From: an uncultured Chryseobacterium sp.
GTDB lineage: Bacteria > Bacteroidota > Bacteroidia > Flavobacteriales_D > Sanyastnellaceae
DNA length: 64,000 nucleotides
Assembly (NCBI GenBank): GCA_964420985.1
Contig: CAYQUT010000002.1
Span: 47,546 to 111,545, forward strand
Reading direction: 5' to 3'
In this document: positions 46,681-57,400 of the stretch, one piece after another
Layout of the letters: each line of letters starts with the position of its first letter
Numbering within the stretch: the stretch's first letter is position 1
Translations under genes and position numbers: made by a program
The notes under the pieces: model-generated
Told to the model about the DNA's origin: nothing
Seen by the model: only the letters and a program-made list of their open reading frames with translations
Database searches by the model: none

Positions 46681-49226
46681 AACGATTTCTAATCTCTACC
46701 TTTCTGTTGGTAGTACTTGTTTTTTTAAATTATTGGAATGGTGCCGTAAATGCGCAGAAGGTAATTGGTGGTGATATCAATTATGCTGAACCACTCAAAT
46801 ACAAACTGTCAGGTTTAACGGTACTGGGAACGGAATTCACCGATGCCCAAGCCATAAAAGTTTTTTCTGGTTTAGAGGAAGGAAAGGAAATAATGGTACC
46901 TGGTGATGCCATTACCGAAGCTGTGAGAAAACTTTGGAAACAAAAGTTGTTCAAGGATATTCAAGTAAAGGTTGCTGAGATTAGGGGTTCAGAGATTTTT
47001 TTGGTCATTGAAGTCAAAGAGATGGAACGCTTGGGCACCTTCCGATTTGAGGGCATCAAAAAGTCAGAGGCAGATAATATCAGAGAAAAATTGGATTTAA
47101 GATCAGGTCGCGTTTGTGATGAGAATCTTAAAATGACCGCTAAAAATGAGATTATAGACTACTACGTTGACAAAGGTTTTTTTAGTGCCGAAGTAGTCAT
47201 CAAAGAAACGCCAGATCCCATTGTAAAAAACGGGGTGCAGTTAACCTTTGATATCAAAAGGGGTGAGCGTGTCAAATTAGAGAATATTGTGTTTGAAGGA
47301 AATGAGTTGATGGAAGCCAAGAAATTGGCTAGAAGTATGAAAAATACCAAGGAACAAGCTTGGTGGAGATTCTGGAAGGCCTCTAAGTTTATTCAAAAAG
47401 ATTTTGAAGAGGATAAAGCTGCTATTGTCGCAAAATACAACAAGGAAGGTTTCAGAAATGCCAAGATTTTAAAAGATAGTTTGTACAAGGTCTCTGATAA
47501 CAGAATGGTACTTGTGCTCAAATTGGAAGAAGATAAAAAGTTTTATTTTGGGGATATCACTTTTGTCGGAAATACAAAATACCAGCGCTCAACATTGGAC
47601 AGTGTATTGAGTATAAAGAAGGGTGATTTGTATAACTTAGAACTACTCAATTCGAGATTGAGTTTTAATCCCAATGGCAGAGACATCAGCTCGTTGTACA
47701 CAGATGATGGTTATTTGAATTTTTACGCATATCCATTGGAAACTTTGGTTCTCCCAGATACCATCAATGTTGAGGTAAGAATGGGAGAGGGCAAGCAGTT
47801 TAGGATTGGTGATGTAAGTGTAAGTGGCAATACCAAAACCAATGACCATGTCATTTATCGTGAAATTAGAACCAGGCCAGGCGATCTTTTTAATCGTTCG
47901 GATTTAATGCGCTCACAAAGAGAATTGAATGCCATGGGTTTTTTCAATCCTGAAGCTTTTGATATTCGTACCAACCCCAATGCAGACAAGGGAACCGTGG
48001 ATTTAGAGTACGTGGTGGAAGAAAAGCCCAGTGATCAAATTCAACTGAGCGGCGGATGGGGTGGTGGCCGTGTCGTAGGTTCATTGGGACTTACCTTTAA
48101 TAATTTCTCATTGCGTAATATTGGAAAGAGAGATTCTTGGACCCCATTGCCATCAGGAGATGGTCAAAGATTGTCTATCAATGCAGTTTCTAACGGGATC
48201 TTTTTTCAGTCCTATAATTTCTCTTTTACTGAACCGTGGTTAGGAGGAAAGAAACCCAATTCTTTGACATTCTCTGCCTATCATTCCGTTCAGAGTAATG
48301 GGCAAAAGAAATATATCAATGATGTTCTCAATCCTAACCGACAATCTTTGATTATTACAGGTGCATCTTTTTCTTTCGGTCAACGATGGCAGCGCCCAGA
48401 TGATTGGTTTATTTTCCAAAGTGGAATTACCTACCAGCATTTTGATTTGAATAGATATGGTTCATTCTTTAGTTTTTCTCAAGGATATTCAAATATATTA
48501 TCGGCTAATTTCACCATTGAACGCAATTCAGTTTCAGATCCCATTTATCCTACTTGGGGTTCTAAGATTACCTTGACCACCAAAGCAACCTTGCCGTATA
48601 CACTCATTGGTGAGCGAATTCAGGGTAAAGAATATGATTACGCCAACATGACCGATCAGGAGAAAGTGGACTGGGTAGAATTTTATAAGGTAAAGTTTAC
48701 GGCCAAATGGTACACAGCACTGAACAAACACAAGACCAATAAATTTGTATTAAATACCAATGTGGGATTTGGTTTTTTGGGGGCTTACAATCAGAATCTT
48801 GGTCAATCTCCTTTTGAAAGATTTTATTTGGGTGGCGTTTTCTTGAGCGGTTTCTTGCTGGATGGGCGCGAGATTGTGAATCTCAGAGGTTACGATGATT
48901 TGTCTTTGACCACTCCTTCTGATAGAGTAGGAGCACCTGCCATCACCAAATATAGTTTGGAGTTGCGTTACCCATTGACCACCAATCCAAGTGCAACCAT
49001 CTATGCACTTACCTTTTTAGAGGGGGGAAGAACCTGGGCTGATTTTTCCAATTATGATCCCTTTAACTTATACAAGTCTGCAGGTGCAGGATTGAGAATT
49101 TTCTTGCCCATGTTCGGATTATTGGGATTTGATTACGGTTGGAGATTGGATGAAATCAATAAGTATCCCAATATGGCCAAAGGACAATTCCATTTTTCTA
49201 TTGGCATGAATCTTGGCGAACTCTAA
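46677..49226 (+). CDS. bamA: outer membrane protein assembly factor BamA
   Basis: 849 aa. Signal peptide, repeated POTRA-like modules, and a C-terminal beta-barrel ending in aromatic-rich strands (GFDYGWRL...FHFSIG). Confidence 0.92.
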   Translation: MKRFLISTFLLVVLVFLNYWNGAVNAQKVIGGDINYAEPLKYKLSGLTVLGTEFTDAQAIKVFSGLEEGKEIMVPGDAITEAVRKLWKQKLFKDIQVKVAEIRGSEIFLVIEVKEMERLGTFRFEGIKKSEADNIREKLDLRSGRVCDENLKMTAKNEIIDYYVDKGFFSAEVVIKETPDPIVKNGVQLTFDIKRGERVKLENIVFEGNELMEAKKLARSMKNTKEQAWWRFWKASKFIQKDFEEDKAAIVAKYNKEGFRNAKILKDSLYKVSDNRMVLVLKLEEDKKFYFGDITFVGNTKYQRSTLDSVLSIKKGDLYNLELLNSRLSFNPNGRDISSLYTDDGYLNFYAYPLETLVLPDTINVEVRMGEGKQFRIGDVSVSGNTKTNDHVIYREIRTRPGDLFNRSDLMRSQRELNAMGFFNPEAFDIRTNPNADKGTVDLEYVVEEKPSDQIQLSGGWGGGRVVGSLGLTFNNFSLRNIGKRDSWTPLPSGDGQRLSINAVSNGIFFQSYNFSFTEPWLGGKKPNSLTFSAYHSVQSNGQKKYINDVLNPNRQSLIITGASFSFGQRWQRPDDWFIFQSGITYQHFDLNRYGSFFSFSQGYSNILSANFTIERNSVSDPIYPTWGSKITLTTKATLPYTLIGERIQGKEYDYANMTDQEKVDWVEFYKVKFTAKWYTALNKHKTNKFVLNTNVGFGFLGAYNQNLGQSPFERFYLGGVFLSGFLLDGREIVNLRGYDDLSLTTPSDRVGAPAITKYSLELRYPLTTNPSATIYALTFLEGGRTWADFSNYDPFNLYKSAGAGLRIFLPMFGLLGFDYGWRLDEINKYPNMAKGQFHFSIGMNLGEL

Positions 49227-49260
49227 ACAATATCGTAAATTGCAGAACGTTAAGTTGCCA

Positions 49261-49902
49261 ATGAAAAATTTACTACTTTATATCGTTGTCTTTTTTGCCT
49301 CGACTGTTTTGTCAGCACAGAAATTTGGTTACGTTGATTCTAAATACATTTTGAGCCATGTTCAAGCGTATGCGGATGCTCAGGCAGAGATTGATCAAAT
49401 GAGTATAGAATGGCAAAAGGAGATTGAGCAGAAGTATGAGGCCATTGAAAAAATGGAGAAGTCATACCAAGCGGAAAAGATCCTACTGACAGGTGAAATG
49501 AAGAAGAAAAGAGAGGAAGAGTTGGAGGAAAAGCGCAAAGAGGCAAGAGAACTGCAAAAAAAACGTTTCGGTGTAGAAGGAGATCTTTTTAAAAAAAGAG
49601 AGGAATTGATCAAGCCCATTCAAGATGAAATTTACGCCGCCATACAAGATGTTGCCAGCCAAGGTGGCTTGATGGTTGTATTTGATAAAGCCACCAACAG
49701 CAACATTTTGTACTCAAATCCCAAGCATGATGTTAGTGATAAGGTGTTAAAGAAAATGGGATTGAAACCAGGAGAAACCAATGATGGTGGGGAAGAAGAG
49801 GATGGCGAAGAAAAGACAGATTCAGGAAAAGAAAAACCAGGAACCGGAACCAAACCTACCGGAAATAAAACTGGAACAACCAATACAAAGAGAAATCCAT
49901 AA
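49261..49902 (+). CDS. OmpH/Skp family periplasmic chaperone (with an acidic/Gly-Thr-rich tail)
   Basis: Signal peptide from the ATG at 49261 (MKNLLLYIVVFFASTVLSAQKFGYVD). Coiled-coil KE-rich core typical of Skp. Confidence 0.85.
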   Translation: MKNLLLYIVVFFASTVLSAQKFGYVDSKYILSHVQAYADAQAEIDQMSIEWQKEIEQKYEAIEKMEKSYQAEKILLTGEMKKKREEELEEKRKEARELQKKRFGVEGDLFKKREELIKPIQDEIYAAIQDVASQGGLMVVFDKATNSNILYSNPKHDVSDKVLKKMGLKPGETNDGGEEEDGEEKTDSGKEKPGTGTKPTGNKTGTTNTKRNP

Positions 49903-49922
49903 TCGTTTTTAAATTAGAATAC

Positions 49923-50462
49923 ATGAAAAAGTTAAGTTTAGTCGTAGTCATTTTGTTCAGTGCTGTTGTAATGAGTGCCCAGAAGGTGGGTCATACAGAT
50001 GGTCAAGTGTTGTTGTTCTCTATGCCAGAAATCACCAAGGTGAATGCTGATTTGGAAAAAATTTCAGGTGATTTTACCAATACCATGAATGAGATGCAAA
50101 AAGATTATCAAACCAAATTGCAAGAATTCGAAGGCAATAAAAATAGTTGGCCAGAAGCTATACTTCAGTCAAAGTACAAGGCCATTATGGATTTGGAAAA
50201 GAACATGACTGATTTTGAACAAACCGCCAATACTGAATTGGAAAAAAGCAGAAACGACTTGTTACAACCATTGATCGAGAAAATTGGTAAGGCCATAGAA
50301 GATGTAGCCAAGGAAGAAGGCTATTCATACGTAATTGATGCCAGTACCGGTGTATTGTTGTACCGTGGTGGTGATGATTTGACAGATAAAATCAAGGTAA
50401 AGTTGGGCATTCCCTTGACAGCTCCAACAGAAGCCAAGCCAACTCCCGCTCCTAAGAATTAA
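49923..50462 (+). CDS. OmpH/Skp family periplasmic chaperone (second copy)
   Basis: Signal peptide, QKVGHTD start of the mature protein, and a helical core. Paralogue of the preceding gene. Confidence 0.85.
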   Translation: MKKLSLVVVILFSAVVMSAQKVGHTDGQVLLFSMPEITKVNADLEKISGDFTNTMNEMQKDYQTKLQEFEGNKNSWPEAILQSKYKAIMDLEKNMTDFEQTANTELEKSRNDLLQPLIEKIGKAIEDVAKEEGYSYVIDASTGVLLYRGGDDLTDKIKVKLGIPLTAPTEAKPTPAPKN

Positions 50463-51271
50463 TGCCGCATTCGGGTCCAATAGGAATATTTGATTCGGGC
50501 ATTGGTGGAATGACAGTGGCTCAGGCCATTCGAAAAGCACTGCCCAATGAGCGTTTTATTTATTTTGGTGACACCGCGCACTTGCCATATGGTGATAAAT
50601 CGCCAGAAAGCATTAGGCATTATGCCGCTCGTATTACCCATTTTTTGTTGGAAAACAAATGCAAGGCGATTGTCATCGCATGCAATACTGCTAGCGCTCA
50701 CGCTTTTAAGACAGTATGTGATGTTGCAGGTCCAGAGGTTCCCGTTATCAATGTCATAGACCCTGTAGCGCAATATGTCGCTGAGAAATTCAGTAAGCAA
50801 AACATTGGAGTAATAGGAACCAAAGGAACAATAGCTTCAAGGGTATATGTCAACAGAATTGAGAAGTTGAATAAATCTCTCAAAGTGATTTCTAACGCTA
50901 CCCCACTATTGGCTTCGATGATTGAAGAGGGTTTTTATAACAACAAAATTTCCCAAACCATTATCAATAGTTATTTATCCAAACCCAACTTCAAGCATAT
51001 CCATGCGCTCATTTTGGCGTGCACACATTATCCTTTGATAAGAAAGGAAGTGGATTTGTATTACAAGAAAAAAATTGAAATTATTGATAATGGGGAAGTG
51101 GCGGCCATGGCTTTGAAAGAAAACTTGGAGCAGCGAAATTTATTGAACAACAGGAAAATCAAAACAAAAGATTTGTTCGTAGTTTCAGATTACACGGATG
51201 CTTTTGAGGTTTCAACCAAAATATTTTTCGGTGAGAAAGTTGTATTAAAAACAGCCAATATCTGGAAATAA
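50462..51271 (+). CDS. murI: glutamate racemase
   Basis: IGIFDSGIGG, catalytic Cys motifs IACNTAS and LACTHYP. Confidence 0.95.
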   Translation: MPHSGPIGIFDSGIGGMTVAQAIRKALPNERFIYFGDTAHLPYGDKSPESIRHYAARITHFLLENKCKAIVIACNTASAHAFKTVCDVAGPEVPVINVIDPVAQYVAEKFSKQNIGVIGTKGTIASRVYVNRIEKLNKSLKVISNATPLLASMIEEGFYNNKISQTIINSYLSKPNFKHIHALILACTHYPLIRKEVDLYYKKKIEIIDNGEVAAMALKENLEQRNLLNNRKIKTKDLFVVSDYTDAFEVSTKIFFGEKVVLKTANIWK

Positions 51272-52495
51272 TTATTGGCCAGCGGCGTAATCTGAAAGGT
51301 ATTCAAAGGCCGGAGTCAGTATTCCCTCATTGGTTTCCGTTCCCCCTTGTATCATGGGATTGTTAGTATCGAGCAGTGCTGGAATAACATGTGTCATGAG
51401 TTCATTTCCAAAATCCTCTGATGCATCTCTGGGCAATTCACAAGGTAAGTTGTCAATGGACATTACCATCACGGCTTGTTCCTCTTGCCAGTTGCATTCT
51501 TTTTTCTCAATGGGACAAAAACCAAAAAACGGTTCTGCTATTGTACTGGCTTTTATTGTGGACGCTATTGGACCGTTAACATCACAGCTGATATCGGCAA
51601 TAACCTTGCATTGATTATTAGGTTCAGCTAAATCGTCCGCGGTAATCAAAAATGGATTTCCAGATTTCCAAAGATGACAGGCAAAATAGATATCAGACAA
51701 TTTTACCCAATCCATTAAAACACTTTTGTACAATTCAGGTGATTGATAAAACTCTTTTTTATCAAATCCGCCGTCTGATATACGTTGGTAATATTGATGG
51801 GTATCCAGGTGGGTGTAAATACTTTTTGTTCCTTGATAGGTTTTGAATTCTTCTGGAGAAACGAGCTGGAGATCAAATCGTTTGATCATCTCTTCAGCGC
51901 CATGACCAACGCGACCATAGCCAGTGACCACTGCCTTGATGGGTCTTTTGAATAAATCCGAATGAATATGCGATTCCATTTCAGTGCGATCATGACACGA
52001 AATAGGAGAAGGCAATTGAAACCAGTTGTATTTTAAACCCAAAGCCCTAAAGCCTTCAAACACCCCAACAATTCCCGCGTATCGACCAAAACCAATCACG
52101 CGCTTTCCTTGGCTGTCTTTTAATACTTCATAGTCAATCAACGTTATCTTCTTGTCCATAATTGCCTTAAGCAATTTGGCGTTATAAGGCTGCTTTTTTA
52201 TGGTGTGGGAGAAAAAAAGATAAGTTTTATTGGGAATCAATTGGTCAATTGGCACTTCTTTTACACCAATGAGGACATCGCAATCTGCAATGTTGTCTAC
52301 AACATTAACGCCAGCATCTGTGTATTCTTGATCCGTGAATTTGCGTATCGAACTCGATTGGGCTACAATGGAAACGGAAGGGAATGAGCCCTTAATTTGT
52401 TGACATTGAGAAGGAGTAAGAGCTACCCTAAAGTCAGGAGGAGTTTTCCCCTCTTTGATTAATCCAATTTTTAAATCTCTCATAAATGCTGTCAT
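51272..52495 (-). CDS. alanine-dehydrogenase/PNT-fold oxidoreductase, lysine-ketoglutarate reductase (saccharopine dehydrogenase, L-lysine-forming)-like
   Basis: IGLIKEGKTPPDFRVALTP, FFSHTIKKQPYNAKLL, LIDYE and VTGYGRVGHGA (NAD-binding) resemble the LKR domain family. Candidate starts are 52507, 52495 and 52483. I chose 52495 because it sits just after the hairpin. Confidence 0.6.
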   Translation of the reverse strand: MTAFMRDLKIGLIKEGKTPPDFRVALTPSQCQQIKGSFPSVSIVAQSSSIRKFTDQEYTDAGVNVVDNIADCDVLIGVKEVPIDQLIPNKTYLFFSHTIKKQPYNAKLLKAIMDKKITLIDYEVLKDSQGKRVIGFGRYAGIVGVFEGFRALGLKYNWFQLPSPISCHDRTEMESHIHSDLFKRPIKAVVTGYGRVGHGAEEMIKRFDLQLVSPEEFKTYQGTKSIYTHLDTHQYYQRISDGGFDKKEFYQSPELYKSVLMDWVKLSDIYFACHLWKSGNPFLITADDLAEPNNQCKVIADISCDVNGPIASTIKASTIAEPFFGFCPIEKKECNWQEEQAVMVMSIDNLPCELPRDASEDFGNELMTHVIPALLDTNNPMIQGGTETNEGILTPAFEYLSDYAAGQ

Positions 52496-52528
52496 TGAGC
52501 GTCGCAAAAATAACGTTTGCGACGCTCA
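52496..52528 (-). promoter_or_regulatory. perfect 13-bp stem / 7-nt loop hairpin between the paaA stop and the next CDS
   Basis: The + strand reads tgagcgtcgcaaa-aataacg-tttgcgacgctca. There is no U-tract on the transcribed (-) strand, so this is not a canonical intrinsic terminator. Confidence 0.5.
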
Positions 52529-52540
52529 GATAGCATATTA

Positions 52541-53479
52541 TTATGCGGCAGCTGCATTCTTTTTTGCGGCTTGCTTGTTGGCATAGGCAACAGCAGCCTC
52601 TCTTACCCATGCGCCATTGTCATAGGCATTTTTTCTTGTGGCAACACGTTGTTTATTGCAGGGTCCGTTGCCTTTAACTACCTCATTGAACTCTGTCCAA
52701 TCGATTTCCCCGAAATCATAATGACCTCTTTCCTCGTTCCATTTCAAATGCGGGTCAGGTAAAGTTAAGCCTAGGTATTCAGTTTGAGATACAGACATGT
52801 CTACAAACTTCTGACGCAATTCATCATTGCTGTGACGCTTGATTCTCCATGTCATGTTTTGCGAACTGTGCGCTGATTCTTTGTCACTTGGTCCAAACAT
52901 CATCAAACTGGGCCACCACCAACGATTCAATGCATCTTGTGCCATTTGTTTTTGAGCTGGGGTTCCTTTGGCCAACGCAATCATGATTTCATAGCCTTGA
53001 CGTTGATGGAAGGATTCCTCCTTACAAATTCTAATCATGGCCCTGCTGTAAGGCCCGTAACTGGTGCGTTGTAGAGAAACTTGGTTTACAATGGCAGCGC
53101 CATCAACTAACCATCCAATGGCGCCAATGTCTGCCCAGGACAATGTTGGGTAATTGAAGATACTGGAGTACTTGGCTTTCCCTGAGTTTAACTCCTCAAT
53201 CAAGGTATCTCGGTCAACGCCCAAGGTCTCTGCAGCGCTGTACAAATACAATCCATGACCACCTTCGTCTTGGACTTTAGCCAATAGTATGGCTTTTCTT
53301 CTCAGCGACGGAGCGCGTGTTATCCAATTTCCCTCAGGCAACATTCCTACAATCTCACTGTGGGCATGTTGTGCAATTTGACGAATCAAAGTTTTGCGGT
53401 ATCCATCTGGCATCCAGTCCTTGGCCTCCACTTTATTTTCCGCGGCCACATAGGCTTCAAAACGTTCCAAGTTCTCCAT
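52541..53479 (-). CDS. paaA: 1,2-phenylacetyl-CoA epoxidase catalytic subunit A
   Basis: 312 aa. Diiron ferritin-like motifs QDEGGHG and [10 protein letters not shown]-terminal [10 protein letters not shown]. Confidence 0.85.
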   Translation of the reverse strand: MENLERFEAYVAAENKVEAKDWMPDGYRKTLIRQIAQHAHSEIVGMLPEGNWITRAPSLRRKAILLAKVQDEGGHGLYLYSAAETLGVDRDTLIEELNSGKAKYSSIFNYPTLSWADIGAIGWLVDGAAIVNQVSLQRTSYGPYSRAMIRICKEESFHQRQGYEIMIALAKGTPAQKQMAQDALNRWWWPSLMMFGPSDKESAHSSQNMTWRIKRHSNDELRQKFVDMSVSQTEYLGLTLPDPHLKWNEERGHYDFGEIDWTEFNEVVKGNGPCNKQRVATRKNAYDNGAWVREAAVAYANKQAAKKNAAAA

Positions 53480-53582
53480 GATTACTTAAAATTTTAAGCA
53501 ATGTTAGGAAAGGAAAGCTTAATCAGGATAGGAATTGGCCAAAATCATCAAAAAAAATGATCAAAGCACTTATTTTCGCAGC

Positions 53583-54653
53583 ATGGCAAGACCCGTTTTT
53601 CATTCTCTTCGCGTTCATGAAGTGCGCAGAGAGACCTCAGATTCTGTTTCAGTAGCCTTTCAAATTCCCGTTGAATTGAGAGAGGCCTTTCAATATCAAC
53701 CGGGTCAGTATTTGACTTTAAGAACAACCATTGATGGTCAAGACATCAGAAGGTCCTACTCCATTTGCAGCGCACCCTTTGAGAGTCTGTGCCGTGTGGC
53801 CATAAAAAAAGTGGATGGAGGGGTTTTCAGCTCTTGGGCCAATGAACATCTGAATGCCGGTATGGAATTGCAAGTCATGACACCGATGGGACATTTCACC
53901 ACACAAATAGAAGAGTCCAATGCTAAGCATTATCTTTTTATTGGAGCGGGAAGTGGTGTAACACCTTTGATTTCGTTGGCAAAAACCATTTTGAGAAATG
54001 AACCCCAAAGTAGTGTGTCCATGATCCTTGGCAATCGTCAATTTCACAGCATCATTTTCAGGGATGAACTAGAGGATTTGAAAGATCTTTACCTAGGTCG
54101 TTTCAGAATGTTTCATGTCTTGAGCAGTGAGCCCAATGATGTTACCTTGTTGCATGGAAGAATTGACAATGAAAAAATAGAAGGATTCTTAAGAACTTTT
54201 CTTGCTTATCCACCCATAGACGAGGTATTTCTATGTGGACCGCAAGCCATGACAGAGGGAGCCCGTGATTTGTTTTTATCTAAAGGAATGAATCCTGAAT
54301 GCGTTCATTTGGAATTGTTTGGTACTGCATTGCCCCAGGGAGCCGCAAAAAAAGTTGTTCTAGAAGACAAAGGGGAAATGTGTGAGGTGTCTGTGATTTT
54401 TGACGGACAACAAACGGATTTTAAAATGCCAAAAACCCAAGCCGTGTTGGATGCTGCGCAGGCAGCGGGTGTCGATATTCCATTCAGTTGCAAAGGAGGA
54501 ATGTGCTGTACTTGTCGCGCCAAAGTTATGGATGGCAAGGCTGAAATGATAGTCAATTATGCGCTAGAGCCAGGTGAAGTAGAGTCAGGGTATGTGCTTA
54601 CTTGTCAAGCTTTGCCCAAATCGGACAAGTTGATTGTGGACTTTGATCAATAA
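53583..54653 (+). CDS. paaE: phenylacetyl-CoA epoxidase reductase subunit (FNR-like domain plus plant-type 2Fe-2S ferredoxin)
   Basis: FAD-binding RSYSICS, NAD-binding FIGAGSGVTP, and C-terminal CKGGMCCTCRAKV...LTC. The ATG at 53583 (MARPVFHSLRV) is preferred to the track's TTG at 53535. Confidence 0.85.
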   Translation: MARPVFHSLRVHEVRRETSDSVSVAFQIPVELREAFQYQPGQYLTLRTTIDGQDIRRSYSICSAPFESLCRVAIKKVDGGVFSSWANEHLNAGMELQVMTPMGHFTTQIEESNAKHYLFIGAGSGVTPLISLAKTILRNEPQSSVSMILGNRQFHSIIFRDELEDLKDLYLGRFRMFHVLSSEPNDVTLLHGRIDNEKIEGFLRTFLAYPPIDEVFLCGPQAMTEGARDLFLSKGMNPECVHLELFGTALPQGAAKKVVLEDKGEMCEVSVIFDGQQTDFKMPKTQAVLDAAQAAGVDIPFSCKGGMCCTCRAKVMDGKAEMIVNYALEPGEVESGYVLTCQALPKSDKLIVDFDQ

Positions 54654-54681
54654 AAAATAGTATTGATGCCTGCTCTCCATG

Positions 54682-54689
54682 TAAATTTG
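54682..54689 (+). promoter_or_regulatory. candidate -7 promoter box (TAAATTTG) for valS
   Basis: Exact TAnnTTTG match, with only 4 nt between the box and the valS ATG (54694). Confidence 0.35.
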
Positions 54690-54693
54690 TGAC

Positions 54694-57309
<2,616 letters not shown>

Positions 57310-57352
57310 CTCGGTATAATTACGGATTGGCCATTGAAAAAAAGAAAATAGT

Positions 57353-57382
57353 TTTGAGAACATCACTAACCGCTTATATTTG
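57353..57382 (+). promoter_or_regulatory. candidate -33 TTTG / -7 TATATTTG promoter for the M43 protease gene
   Basis: TTTG at 57353-57356, an 18-nt spacer, and TATATTTG at 57375-57382. The box lies 18 nt before the ATG at 57401 and overlaps the track's TTG start at 57380. Confidence 0.45.
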
Positions 57383-57400
57383 CGATTACGACGAAAAATT

